Below, piece after piece: positions 1-16,060 of a DNA stretch of 64,000 nucleotides (its first letter is position 1; every line of letters begins with the position of its first letter). Both the position numbers and the translations under genes were made by a program. Source of the DNA: the human T2T-CHM13v2.0 reference genome, Homo sapiens; NCBI RefSeq assembly GCF_009914755.1, contig NC_060939.1. One strand, given 5' to 3'. The notes under the pieces were generated by a model. The model was given only the letters and a program-made list of their open reading frames with translations. It was not told where the DNA came from and ran no database searches.

Positions 1-10
1 ATACACACAG

Positions 11-12
<2 letters not shown>

Positions 13-57
<45 letters not shown>
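13..57. repeat. (AC)n microsatellite
   Basis: About 22 perfect AC units. Confidence 0.95.
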
Positions 58-60
<3 letters not shown>

Positions 61-299
61 TATCCCTGGGGCTCAGCCCAGCTCACTCTGGAGGCTGAAG
101 GCACTCCTGTCAGCCCTGTATCTGGCTTCATTGGAAGTTTCCCAAATGCAAAGACTTTTTGTTGTTGTTGTTGAACTCAGGCCCCTTACTTTCTCCACAT
201 TCATGCCTAAAACACAAGATGCAAAAAAAAAAAAGCCAAGTGCTCAAAGGCATACGGTAGTATGGTGGCTAATTCTTTGGGTGTTGGAATTAAAAAAAA

Positions 300-500
300 A
301 AAAAAGCCCTGAGTTTGAGTTCAAGGTATGGCTTTGTCACTTTTGACTTTAATGTTCTTGGATAAATAACAATTCTCTGAGCCTCAGTCTCTACATCTAT
401 AAAACATGAATAATATTACCTCCCTCACAGAATTGTGAGGATAAAGGAAAACACATATGTAAAATGTTTGACACAAAACAAGTATTCAACAGAGGCTATA
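300..500 (+). mobile_element. MIR SINE
   Basis: Core ctctgagcctcagt...tataaaa...gtgaggataaa. Confidence 0.7.
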
Positions 501-629
501 TAACAATATTATTAAAAACAAGAGTTTGTGATAAAATAGGGAACACAGAGAGAAAACCCAAAATAAATGCAGAAGACAGAAAGAAATGGGAAACACCGAA
601 GACCCTGTGGCAAGCATGAAAATCAGACC

Positions 630-1041
630 TCCTTCAAAAGAACCTGCTGCAGGCTTATAGTGACCACCAGTCCCTGGCCACCCTCTGGAGCTATCACTGC
701 GTTCACACCAAGGCCACGCTTTCTTGAGTTACTCCTAGCCAAAGACAGAACGTGGTGGGGCACTAGTGTCTGCCCATTCCTGTGGGATATGGGACCCCTC
801 TAATGGGCAACTATGGCTCCAGGACTCCCATCAGCCGGGCTGGAATTTTCTTAGAACTGAGTCTGAGGCCCTTCCTTCCATCGCCCCTTCCTTCCCTGTC
901 TCCTTTCATAGGTGTCCAAATGGTATTACAATCTGAAGGCTCTCCTGCCCCTTTCCTTCCTCATTCACAGGTGTTTCCTTTAACAAGTCTCTGGCACAAA
1001 TAATCCCATCTTGGCCACTTTAGAGCACCTGAACTAACACA
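630..1041 (+). mobile_element. ERVL LTR (LTR16A-like)
   Basis: tctgaaggctctcc...ttcacaggtg...tcccatcttgg...gaactaacaca terminus. Confidence 0.6.
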
Positions 1042-1964
1042 GGCCCCTTCCCTAATGCTGGGCTTTCTTAGAGGGAGGGTCCTGAGAGGATCTGTCCCAA
1101 ATCTGTGTTGTGCACCACCTGGGTGAGGGCAGCCGCAGTTCCAGGTTGACATGAAATTCTTAGATCATGGAGCTTGAATGGGAAACAGGAAGTGAGTGTC
1201 CTTGGGACATGCTATGATGCCTGATGGTTCATGTTCCTCTCTGTACCTGAAGTCGCCCCTCAGATTAAGCAATCCCTGCCTCTTCCTGCCCCCACTCCCT
1301 AGGCTGGCTCCTCTGGCCTGCACTTCAAATTCATCCTGCTTGTGCATAAACATAATTAGTGTGAATGCTTTGTTTGGTTGAACCAGTATTCTATATAGGT
1401 CTGGGGAGGAGTTTATTGTTGGCTTCTCTGAAGCCATAAATGTAAAGGAGAGCTTTAGGTGGGATGTGGCTCCCTGGGCAGGGAGACAAGCTGCAGACGT
1501 GGCCCAAGCCTAGGAGAGCTGGGAAACTCCAGCCCAGGGAGGGCTGTGGCTATGCCCACTTGCAGGTTGGGTTAAATCCCCAGCCTTTGCAGGGACAGAG
1601 TGTAGCCCTCAGGGTCCTGGGGGTTCTGGGTCAGATAAGGGTCTCTGGAGACTTCCCTCCACCCCTCATCCCAGGACCCAGTGCATCAGGGAAGTCCTCA
1701 AGGTCTGCAGCATGGCGCTGTGGCCGCACAGGTGCAACAAGTGGTCGTAAAAGTCTTTCACCTTGAACATCATGTAGTACAGAGAATAGGGTGAGGAAAA
1801 GTCACAAAGGTGTAATTGGCTTCCCTGCCTCCAAGGAGAGAGGAGATTAAGAGCAGGTCACAGAAGGCTTCCACCCATCTAGTAAGCTGAGGTCTCAAGG
1901 TTGGGAACAAGCCAGGCTTCATGCTTGGAAACATAGAAATGTTGCATTTTCTGGATTCAGACAC

Positions 1965-4090
<2,126 letters not shown>

Positions 4091-4379
4091 GAGTTTTTCT
4101 AGTACATGGTATGGAGCATGTGAATCCAATTTTATTTTATTTTACAAATAACTATCTGGTTATCACAATGTCCTTATTTAAAAGTCATTTTCTTCTTCAG
4201 TGACTTATCATGTATAGTTTACACTAAATGTTCATATGTATTGCCATCTATTTTTATACTGTGTATTCTGTTCTGTTGGTTATGTGTCAGCAGCATATAA
4301 TTTTAATTATAAGGCCTTTATCATGTTTTAATGTTTGATAAGGCTCATCCCCTGCCCCCCATTCACACCATAATTATTG

Positions 4380-4504
4380 CTTTTTCAAGAGATGGGGTCT
4401 CACTATATTGCCCAGGCTGATCTCAAACTCCTGGCCTCAAGCGATCCTCCTGCCCCAGCCTCCCAAAGTACTAGGATTATAGGTGTGAGCCACCGTGCCT
4501 GGCT
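4380..4504 (-). mobile_element. Alu monomer (FLAM-like)
   Basis: Single left-arm-like Alu sequence. Confidence 0.8.
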
Positions 4505-4644
4505 CCTGCAAGTTTATCTGTTCATATAAACTTTACAATTAACTTCCCTAGCTTAAAAAAATAGTTATTTTTAATTGAATTACATTGGGGGAAATTGATG
4601 ACTTTATGACATCAATTTCCCCCAATGTAATAAATATATACTTA

Positions 4645-4947
4645 TTTTTATTATTATTATTTTTTGAGACAGAGTTTTGCTTTGTCACCCAGGCTAGAGT
4701 GCAGTGGCACAATCTCGGCTCACTGAAACCTCTGCCTCCCCAGGTTCAAGCAATTCTTGTGCCTCAGCCTCCTGAGTAGCTGGCCATCAGGCACCTGCGA
4801 CCACACCCAGCTGATTTTTTGTATTTTAGTAGAGACGGGGTTTCGCCATGGTGGCCAGCCTGGTCTTGAACTCCTAAGCTCAGGCCATCAGCCCAGCTCA
4901 GCCTCCCAAAGTTCTGGGATTACAGGCACGAGCCACCACACCCGGCC
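4645..4947 (-). mobile_element. Alu (S-like)
   Basis: Full dimer. Confidence 0.92.
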
Positions 4948-4955
4948 TCTACTTA

Positions 4956-5285
4956 CTTATTTTATTATATTTATTTATTTATTTATTTTGAGATGGAGTC
5001 TCGCTCTGTCACCCAGGCTGGAGTGCAGTGGTGCAATCTTGACTCACTGCAACTTCTGCCTCCTGGGTTCAAGTTATTCTCCTGCCTCAGCCTCCTGAGT
5101 AACTGGGATTACAAGCACGTGCCACCATGCCCAGCTAATTTTTTGTATTTTTAGTAAGACCGGGTTTCACCATGTTGGCCAGGCTGGTCTTGAACTCCTA
5201 ACCTGCGCCTCCCGGGTTCAAGCAATTCTTGTGTGTCAGCCTCCCTAAGTGCTGGGATTACAGGCATGAACCACTGCATCCAGCC
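4956..5285 (-). mobile_element. AluS with a right-arm-like patch in its left arm
   Basis: Full dimer with (TTTA)n tail. Confidence 0.9.
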
Positions 5286-5287
5286 CA

Positions 5288-6390
5288 TTTATTTATTTTA
5301 GATTCAGGAGGTATACGTATAGGTTTGTTACATGGGTATATTGCATGATGCTGAGGTTTGGGCTTCTAACCCAAGTACTTCGCCCAAATGATATGGGATG
5401 GGACAGGGAAGTTCTGGTTAGAGAAGGGCGGGGTCCCTGGCGAGGGCTCCATCCCCATTTTGTGCTCAAATGTTGTGTTTCCCAAGACCACCCTGGCCTG
5501 CCACACTCCCATCCTGTGCCTATAAATACCCTGAGACACTAGCGGGCCAAGCAGCTGGATGTTGAGAGGAACTCAGCCATGGAAGAAGACACAAGCCACC
5601 TAAAGATGGCAAAACTGAAAGAGCACACCATAACACACGCCCACTGGGGCTTCAGCTGTAAACATTCACCCCCTAGACACTGCCATGTGGTCGGAACCCC
5701 ACAACCTGTCTGTATGCTCCCCTAGAGATTTGAGCAGCGAGCCACACCCCCATCGCACGCCCTGCAGGGGGATAAGGGAACTTTTCCCATTTCACAAGTA
5801 TTGAATAGGTAGTTGTTCAACCCTTGCCCCCTTCCTTTCTCCCTGCTTTTGGAATTCCTAGTGTTTATTGTTCCTGTCTTTGTGTTCATGCATATCTAAT
5901 GTTTAGCTCCCACTTATGAGTAAGAACATGCAGTGTTTGGCTTTCCGTTTGTGTTAATTTGCTAAGGATAATGGCCTCCAGCTGCATCCAAGTTGCTGCA
6001 AAGGACATGATTTCATTCTTTTTTATTGCTGTGTAGTATTCCATAGCGTATATGTGCCACATTTTTCTTTACCCAATCCACCATTGATGGGCACCTGGGT
6101 TGATTCCATGTCTTTGCTATTGTGAATAGTGCTGTGATAAACATAAAAGTGCAGGTGTCTTTTTGGCAGAACAATTTATTTTCCTTCAGGTATATATCCA
6201 GTAATAGGATTGCTGGGTTAAATGGTAATTCTATTTTTACTCCTTTGAGAAATCTCCAAACTGCTTTCCACCGGGGCTGAATAAATTTGCACTCCCACCA
6301 ACAGTGTATAAGCATTCCCTTTTCTCCACAACCTCACCATCATCTGTTATTTTTTGAGTTTTTAAGAATAGCCATGTTGACTGGTGTAAG
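5288..6390 (-). mobile_element. L1PB/L1PA-type 3' end, split by an LTR
   Basis: ORF2 C-terminus HCWWECK...KDTCTFMFITALFTIAKTWNQPRCPS; L1 3' UTR. Confidence 0.88.
5389..5794 (+). mobile_element. ERV1 solo LTR (LTR1-like), nested in L1
   Basis: TGAT...TTTCA termini, internal TATAAA at 5521. Confidence 0.65.
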
Positions 6391-6449
6391 ATTAAACAGT
6401 GCTTGAAGGAAGTGTATAGCTCTAAATGCATATGTTAGAAAATAACCTG

Positions 6450-6881
6450 GGCTGGGTGTGGTGGCTCATGCCTGTAATCCTAGCATTTTGGGAGGCCAAG
6501 GTCATCAGATAGCTTGAGCCCAGGAGTCTGAGACCATCCAGGACAACATGGTGAAACCCTATCTCCACACACACACACACAAATATCTATATCTCTCTCT
6601 ATATATATATATATAAAAATTTAGCTGGGCGTGGTGGCGCACACCTCTAGTCCCAGCTACCCAGGAGGCTGAGGTGGATCACTTTAGCTCAGGAAGTCAA
6701 GGCTGCAGTAAGCCAAGATCATGCCACTGCACTCTAGCCTGAACGACAGAGCAAGACCCTGTCGAGGGGCGGCGGGGGGAGAGAGGGAGAGAGAGAGGGA
6801 GGGAGAGAGAGAGGGAGGGAGGGAGGGAGGAAGAGAGGAAGAGAGGGAGAGATAGGAGGGGAGAAGAGGGGAGGGGAGGGG
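6450..6881 (+). mobile_element. AluJ with (AC)n(AT)n linker and a GA-rich tract in place of the A tail
   Basis: Alu arms 6450-6763; polypurine tract 6764-6881. Confidence 0.85.
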
Positions 6882-6884
6882 ACA

Positions 6885-8300
6885 GGCTGATAATTAATGA
6901 TGTTGAGCATATTTTCATATATCTGTTAGCCATTTCACATGTCTTCTTTGCAGAGATTTCGTTCAAGTCCTTTACTCAGTTTAAAATCAGGTTATTTTTG
7001 TTGTTTTTGTTTTTTGCTATTGAGTTGCAGGATTTCCTTATATATTTTAGAAATTAACCCTTATCAGATATATGATTTACAAATGCTTTCTCCCATTCTG
7101 TAGGTTGCCTTTACATTCTGTTAATTGCTTCCTTGGTATGCAGAAGTTTTTTGGTTTGATGTAGTCCTATTTATCTATTTTCAGGTTTGTTCCCTGTGCT
7201 TTTAGAGTCATATCCAATAAATTATTACCAATGCCAATGTCAAGAAAATTTCCCCTATAGTTTCTTTTAGGAGTTTTACAGTTTCATGTCTAACATTTAA
7301 GTCTTCAATTCATTTAATTTTTGTGTACAGCGTAAAGTAGTGTTCTAACTTCATTTTCATTTTCTCTTTTTTTGGCATGTGGATATCCAATTTTCCCAGC
7401 ACATTTGTTTGAAGAGACTATATTTCCTCTCTGTCTCATTGCATATTCTTGGTACCTTCGTCAAAGATCAATTGACCACATATACATATGTTTACTTCTG
7501 GGCTCTCTATTTTGTTCCATTGGTCTATACGCCTGTCTTTATGACAGTATTTTTTAGAGTCAGACTCATGGAATTTATTTTTTAAGAGTCAGACTCATAG
7601 AAGCAGAGAGTACCATAGTAGTTGCCAGAGTTTAGGTGTGAGAGAAATGAGGAATTGTTGTTCAATGGGTATAAAGTTTCACTTTTGCTAGACAATTAAG
7701 TTCTGGAGATCTGCTGTACAACATAGTATTACAGTTAACAACATGGTATTGTAGAATTCAGAATTTGTTAGAGGGCAGATCTCACCTTAAGTGTTCTTAC
7801 CACAAAGACAAAACAAAGCAGAAACAAAAATAAAACAAAGCGGAAACAAAAACAAAACAAAGCAGAAACAAAAACAAAAGAACACCAGGAACTTTTTTAG
7901 GTGTTGACTGTGTTGACTTGATTGTGGTGATAGTATCACAGGTGTTTGCCTACGTCCAAACTCATCAAATTTTACATATTAAACATGTGCAGTTCTTTGT
8001 ACGTCAATTATACATCAATAAAGCTGCTTTTTAAGAAAGGAAACCACTGAGTTGAAATGGTCAGCTTCTGTCTTAAGAAGCTAGACAAAGAGCAAATTAA
8101 ACTCAAAGTAATTAGAAGGAAGTAAAAAAGAACAAAATTTATTTAAATAGAAAATGGGAAAATAATGAATAAACAAAAGCAAAAGTTAGCTCTTCTTGAA
8201 TATTTAATAAAATTGAGAAATCTCTTCGCTAGACTGATCAAGCAGAGAGAAAACACAAGCGAGCAACATCAGAAATGAAAGGGGACATTACTCTTCATCC
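6885..8300. mobile_element. Mosaic of old L1 fragments (minus to ~7550, plus from ~7585)
   Basis: MANRYMKICSTSLII ORF2 peptide; L1M 3' end ...caataaagctg at ~8015. Confidence 0.75.
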
Positions 8301-9540
8301 TAAAATGAGAGACTTGACCTAGCTAGCCTCTGACGTCCCTTCCAGCTTAGCTCAACCTTCTCCCAGGGCTCCCTGCAACTCTATTTCCACTCGTGCTGAA
8401 CTCACCAGGAAGGAATCCCCCAGTGGCTTCACCAGCTCTGCAGAAGCCACTCACTAGGCTTGTGATAAAGGGCGCCAGGGAAGGAGCCTCTAGGATGACT
8501 GTGACTTGGGATCCTCTGCAGGAAGAGCAGCCTCAGATTGCTGACCCCCTCTCTGGTTGGTAAACTAGGACCCATTGGTAGTAAGAAGGTTTGGGATGGG
8601 GAGCATCGGAGAAGGGCCGTGGAACTACAGACAGAGCTGAGAGCCCTGCACCATAAGGAAGTAGCTTCCTCCATGCCTCAGACCCCCCAGTGAGCAGGTT
8701 CCAGAACAGTCCTGGACGCCCAGGCTGCTCCCTAGCTGCTCTTTTGCCCACCTACCCCATTCCTGCAGCCTTGAGCTCCTCCAGCCTATAGTAGGGCACT
8801 TCCATCTGCTAATGGATAAAGTCCTCTGGGACACCTAGCAGGAAACACTAGAAGCTCAGGATGACACAGGCTGTGGTGGCAAATCCCTGGCTGTAACGGC
8901 ACTCAATGAAAGGCAATCTCTACCCCTGGGGCCCCAAATGCCTCTCATTTCCAATTCCCCAGGGTCAGCTGGTTCCCACAGCAAGCCTCCTCTGAGAGCT
9001 CCAGTCGGGAACTGCTTGTCTAGACCCAGCTCAGGTCTAGATGCCCAAGGTCAAGACTTCAGTAGCCAGGTTCAGTCTGGGAAATAAGATGAGAAACCCA
9101 GGATAGTGACCCTGGTGACATGTAGGCCCCCTCTGTAGCCAGGATATGGGACCCCAAGGGAGACTTGAGAAGGCAGCCTGCCTGCAACAGCTCTCACTCA
9201 GAGGAAGACACAGATCAGGAGCAGGGGCAATGAGGAGGCACCAAAGCCTGGATCAACAGCGGGCTTCTACTAAGTGTGAACCCTGCAGGTGCATCTGGGG
9301 AGCCTCTTGTCAGTGTGGTGAGGACAGAGAAGGGGGTTTGTATGAAGTGTGTAGCCTTGTAGCTGTTGATCATAGCAAGTGATCCAAAAATGTATGGCTG
9401 AGGATGGCCTGGCAGTCCCTTAAGCCTGTACTTCCCACCTGTTTCCATGTGAAGGCACTCCTGGAAAGTGAAGGCATCGATGTGGTACACTGGGGTAAAC
9501 ATACAAGTCTGCAGGTGGTTGGAGAATGACAGCAAGGCTC

Positions 9541-9900
9541 CTGTCTTCGGTTTGTGCTGCTCTAATAGAACACTGTAGCCTGGGTGATTTATACAGAACA
9601 GAAATGTATTTCTCAAGGTGTCAGTGGGTTGCGTGGTGAGGGCTGCTGTCTGCTTCCCATGTGGCATCCTATGGCTTTATCCTCCAGAAGGAAGAACACT
9701 GTGTCCTCACTTGGCAGATGGGTCAGAAAGGGCAAACTTGCCTCCTGAATCCCTTCTGTAAGATCACTAATCCCCATTCATGAGGGTGGAGGCCTCATGG
9801 TCTAATCACCTCTCAAAGTCCCCATCTGTTAATACTGTTGCACTGGGAACTAACTTTCAACATGAATTTTGGAGGGGACATCATGTTTCAAATCACAGCA
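9541..9900 (-). mobile_element. MaLR LTR (MST/MLT1A-like)
   Basis: cctcatggtctaatcacctc...caacatgaattttggaggggaca motifs. Confidence 0.75.
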
Positions 9901-10864
9901 GATTCTAACAGCCCAGGCCCTTCCAGCCACCTTGGGGGCTGAGGAGCTTGGCATCTCCCATTCAGGAATATGAGAGTACAGCTCTGGGCTTCAGGCCCCT
10001 CCTACCCTGACTCTGGCTCTACTCCAAGCCCAGCTCTTAACAAAGATACCTACTCCCTGGGTGGTGGCAGCAGCAGTCACACAGGATGGGAGCTTGAATC
10101 TCCCGATCTCAGCAAGGCAGGGATCTATGAAGGCATCCAGGCTCTACCCTCTGGGTGGCTCCACACCGAGTGCTTTTCCCTCAGCTCTTTGAGGCCAGCC
10201 AGCACCACCAGGAGCCCCTGGCACAGCTCACAAAAGAAAAAGCAAAGGCCAGGCATGCACACGGGGAAACACAAAAGTAGACACCTCCCCCCAGGCCAGC
10301 AGATGAGGGAGGGAGATGAGGCAGATCCATGGGCAAAGATGAGGAGCCAGTCCTGTGAAATGTCCCAGAAGGCCGGGTCCTACCCCTGGCCTAGGTGAGG
10401 GTTAAGACCAGAGGACTGGTCACTCTGGCCACCACCACCCCAACCCCCACCAGTGTGGCAGCAATAAGGCCAGGTCTGAGCCAAGCTGCTCTGAATACAC
10501 CTGGCAGAAAGTGGGGAGTAATGAGGACTGAGTCACTTAGGAACAGCCAAGAGGCCACTCCTGGGCAGCTTAGCGCAATCAGCACCCTGTGTGAAATAAT
10601 AACCACTTCTACTGAGGACTCCCAGTGTGCCGGCCACTGTGCTTACCACGCTCCACATCTTATTTCAGTTCACCTTCACGGCAACCCGTGAGCAGGTCCC
10701 TGAGAGACTTAGGGAGCCCTGGCAGCTCTCAGGTTACAAAGCTCCTTATCCTTGCACATGTCAGGTCCAATTAGTCCACCCTCTGATTCAGCTGGTGAAG
10801 AGGAAGAGTGGATGTCAGCACAGATTGATGGTGCATTTGGGGATTGAAAAATACCTGAGTAATC

Positions 10865-11165
10865 GGCTAGGTGCAGTGGCTCACGCCTGTAATCACAGCA
10901 CTTTGGGGGGCCAAGGTGGCCGGATCACCTGAGGTCAGGAGTTCAAGACCAGCCTGGCCAACATGGTGAAACCCCGTCTCTACTAAAAATACAAAAATTA
11001 GCAGGGTGTGGTGGCATGTGCGTGTAATCCTGGCTACTTGGGAGACTGAGGCAGGAGAAATCACTTGAACCCAGGGGGGCAGAGCTTGCAGTGAGCGGAG
11101 ATCGCACCACTGCACTCCAGCCTGGGTAACAGAGTGAGACTCCGTCTCAAAAAAAGAAAAAAAAT
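10865..11165 (+). mobile_element. AluSx-like
   Basis: Full dimer, TSD approximately aaaatac(c/a)tgagtaatc. Confidence 0.95.
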
Positions 11166-11414
11166 ACATGAGTAATCAAAAAACTCAAATATTAATAGAA
11201 TAAAATGTATAAAACAATTCATGCCTAAAATTTCTTCATTGTTTCAGATGTAGAATAGTTAATTTAACTTAAATCATTTCTTAAAAAGACAAATTCAGAA
11301 AATTTACTGTGTAATTGAAAATAATTTTTTTAAAATGTTGAGGGTGATCTTAGCCTGTTCTCTGTCTTTCATCTTGAAACACAACTTTTCCTTTGTAACA
11401 TTTTACTCATCCCC

Positions 11415-11848
11415 ATCTTAGTTAGTTTGTGTTGCTATGAAAGGATACCTGAAGTTGGGTAATTTATAAAGAAAACAGGTTCATTTGGCTCATGGCTCTT
11501 CAAGGCAGGCTGTTCAAAGAGCATGGTGCCAGCATCTGCGTCTGCTTCTGGTGAGGGCCTCAGACGGCTTCCACTCGTGGCAGAGGGCAAGGGGAGCCTT
11601 TGTGTGCAGAGATCACAGAGTGAGAGAGAAAGCAAGAGATGGGGGAGGTGCCAGGCTCTTTTTAACAACCAGCTCTTGGAGGAACTAATAGAGTGGGAAC
11701 TCACCCAGCCCCCAAGAAAGAGGGCAATAACCTATTCTTGAGGGATCTGGTCCCATAACCGAACACTTCCCATTAGGACCCATCTTCAACACTGGGGATT
11801 AAATTTCAATATGAGGTTTGGAGGACCCCCTATACCAAGCCCGTCATA
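11415..11848 (-). mobile_element. MaLR LTR (MSTA/MSTB-like)
   Basis: gggtaatttataaagaaa...tctggtgagggcctcag...tgaggtttggagg. Confidence 0.8.
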
Positions 11849-12784
11849 TTAATAATAGAAAAGATAAAAACATAGGTTAATAAATTAATAACCCATGATT
11901 CAAAGCAAGAAAGAGAACTCTTCATGAGTCAGAAACGCAGAGGCAGCCCTGAATGAAGGAGGTAAACGGGCAGCCCAATGGAACACACTGGCACGCTACC
12001 CGGCCCTCCATGCCAAGGCTGCTACTGTTACCCAGGGGCTGCAGCATCCCTTCAAGGCTGTGTGAGTCCCCCAGCAGCATAGCTTCAGCCTCCCCAGCCC
12101 CAAGTCCCACACTGCCACCTGCAGGCCAGCCATCATTACCACGGCATGGCCAAGGACACGCAGCCAGGAGCCATCACAGCCCAGGGCATGCAAGGAACTC
12201 TCTCAGAGATGAGGTTACAACCAACAGTCACCAAATACATAAAGAAGGCAGCATCCATGAAAGAGAGGCAACAAAGAACCTACCCCCAAGGAATCCAGTC
12301 ACAGAACAATCAGAAAAACGTGTTAAAATACATACGCTAACATCATCACAGTGAAAGGAGTGAAGCCTATTCAGGAAATGAAAACACGTAGTTTTGGAAA
12401 AGATCCGCTTAGAGAACTTAAAATGAAAAATGTGATAGTCAAGTTAAACAGAAACCCCAAAAGATGAATCCAGGAGCGGACTGGACACAGAAGATTGTGT
12501 TCATGATCTGGAAAATCATGCTAAGAAAATCCCCCGGAATACAGCACAATGAAAAGATAGAATGCATAAGAGGAAAGTTTAGGGATACACAGCGTTGATT
12601 CAGATATTCCTACATCCAGTTAATATGAATTCCAGAAAGGGAGGATGAACAGCAGTTTTGATAAAATTGACAGGTAATTTCTTAGAGCTTCAAAAAGACA
12701 TACATCCAGAAGTTGAAAGAGCTCACTGATAATTTTTTACCTTTACACTTTAGAAAAATCAAAATTAAACTTTTTGATTTTATT

Positions 12785-13069
12785 ATTTTTTTTTGAGACA
12801 GAGTTTTGCTCTGTCACCCAGGCTGGAGTGCAGTGATGCAATCGTGGCTCACTGCAGCCTCGAACTCCTTCTGGGCTCAAGCAGTTCTCTTGCCTCAGCC
12901 TCCCAAATAGCTGGAACTAAGGTGTGCACCATCATGCTTAGCTAATTTTTTATAGAGATGAAGTCTTGCTTTGTTGACCAGGTTTGTCTTTAACTCCTGG
13001 CTTCAAGTGATCCTCCTGCCTGGCTTCCCAAAGTGTTGGGATTACAGATGCGAGCCATAGAGCCTGGCC
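12785..13069 (-). mobile_element. AluJ
   Basis: Dimer with J-type diagnostics. Confidence 0.9.
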
Positions 13070-13096
13070 AAAGTTAAACTTTAAAAATCAAAGACA

Positions 13097-13410
13097 GGCC
13101 GGGTATGGTGACTCACACCTGTAATCCTATCACTTTGTAAGGCCGAGGTCAGAGGATTGTTTGAGCCCAGGAGTTGGACACCAGCCTGAGCAACATAGGG
13201 AGACCCCGTCTCTACAAAATTAAAAATAAAAATAAAAATAGCCAGGAATGGTGGCACATGCCTGTGGGCCCAGCTTCTTGGGAGGCTGAGGTGGGAGGAT
13301 CGCTTGAGCTTAGGAGGTTGAGGCTGCAGTGAGCCATCATCTGCCACTGTACTCCAGCCTGGGTGACAGAGTGAGACCTCATTTCAGAAAACAATAAATA
13401 AATAAAATAA
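13097..13410 (+). mobile_element. AluJ
   Basis: Dimer, head-to-head with the previous Alu. Confidence 0.9.
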
Positions 13411-13935
13411 AAGACAAAGTCCTAAAAGTTACAGACAAATGACCTGCAATGGGGACTCCAGCTGCCATCAGATTGCATATCAGCAATATCAAATGCAAGA
13501 AGGCATTAACATCTGAGCATATGCAAGCATGAACCAAGAATTCTATACTCTTCCAGGCTATTACTCATAAGTCAGGGCAAGAAAAGAGAATTCTAGACAT
13601 ATAAGCAGTCAGAATATTTACCATCCACACACCCTTCATTAAATATTCAATTTTGCACTCCACTAAAAAGAAAAGCAAACGCAAAAGAAAGAAAGGAGTT
13701 ACAAGAAGCAATGACAAGCAACTAAATCAAGAAACTATATTGTAAAGTGGAAATAAAAATTTCTATTTTGCAGTTTTTAATACACTGGAAATAAGATTCC
13801 AGGTGATTAGTAGAATGTTTGGGTGGTTGGGGAGCGGCACATAGGGCAGGAAACAGGAAGCTACAAGCATGCCAGGATGCTTGTCTTGTTTGGGGAGAGA
13901 CAATAGAGACTGGTGGACTTTTTAATGGGACTTTA

Positions 13936-14565
<630 letters not shown>

Positions 14566-15966
14566 GTAAGAAGACTTTTAATGAAGCTAAATTTGGAAAT
14601 AAACCAAATTTCCATCAGCAGGGGAATGGATAAACATTGTGGGATATCTACATACATCCTAGTGAGTTATACTAAGGAAAGAACTACAGACACAGCAACA
14701 GGGATGACTCGCAAACGCAAAACGTGTTGAGTGAGAGAAGCTGGACACAATGAGTCAAAAAGTCAACGAATTGTAAGTCAAAAAAATTTTAAGTGGTTCA
14801 AGGTAATAATTTTTCGACTATACCATTCCATTTGTATGAAACTCTGGAAAAGACAAATCCATTGTGGGAGAAAGCCGATCAGTAGTCACCTGGGGCCAGG
14901 AGTGGGGAAACTGACTGGGACGGAACGCAAGATAACATTTTGGGTGATGGAAATGTTCCATATCGTGACTGTGGTGGTAGTTACACATGTATATAAATCA
15001 GAATTCATTGAACTGTGCACTTACTCTCTTGTACACTTACTGTACACTTAGAATGTGTGCTATTGCATATAAATGATACGTCAATGAAATTGACAAGAGG
15101 AACCACCAGAATGGTGGAAATAGGATGCATAACATTCAAACCAGCAGAGGGGAAAAGAAAAAAATCAAACCAGAAAGCAGGAAGGCGGGGGAGAAAGACG
15201 AAGCATGGCAAACAGAAAACAAGTGTGTCTCAAGCCCCAGGACTTGCTTTGAAACCCAGCGATGGTAAAATAAATGGAGAGGTTGGGGTGGGGAGTGAAA
15301 GGAGACCTGGGGCATGGCACAGTGTTTCCTGGTACCCAAGATGGAACTGAAAATCTATAGGCCCTTAGAGGACTTAAGGTGCCTCCAGGAAATTCTGGCA
15401 GTGTTCAGGGACCCGAAGAGAGGACAGGAGGACAAGGACAGCAGAAGCGCTGAGGCCAGAGGGAGGAAGGAAAAGCAAGAAGGGGCTTCAACGGTACCAA
15501 CCCGAACTAGACGATGCACAAGCAAGGGCCACCTGGACCCTCCTGTGGAAGCCTCAGCCACCATGGTCCAGAGGAGCCCAGTGGGGGTGGTGGGATGACA
15601 AAGATGCCCCGCAGTAGACCAAGCAGAGCCAGGGCAGGCATCAGGCATTTAAAGCTCCCCAGGTGAATTCAAGGTGCAACCCAGGTGAGATCCATCACTC
15701 TGGGGTCAAAGGATAAAGAGCCACGAGGACTTGTGAATGCCAGCAAATCAGCCAGAGCCTCTCTCAAGAGCACCTGCCTGCCTCTCCCCACCCGGGTGGC
15801 CCCCCTTCTGGGTAGCTCCCCATCCCTTCTCTTCCTTACTCATATTTTCCTCCCCTTTGTCTTTTCCTCTTTCTCCAACTTCGCCTCCTTTTACCACTTA
15901 CTTTGCCAAAGCTCGCCACCTAGTGTTGGTAGACTTTTAAAACAGTGGCCTTTATTACATATTTAT

Positions 15967-16060
15967 CCAGATGGTCCCCAACTGAATGGTTTGACTTACA
16001 GTTTTTTGACTTTCCAATGGGTTGAGATGTAACCTCATTGTAAGTCGAAAAGCAACTGTA
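15967..16060. mobile_element. TcMar-Tigger (MER47-like) internally deleted element
   Basis: cagatggtcccc...tgacttac...gtaagtcga...ctgta termini. Confidence 0.55.

Noticed and set aside
7800-7880. Short spaced repeats aaacaaagcagaaacaaaa
   Set aside because: A-rich simple repeat within L1, with no unique spacers; not CRISPR-like.
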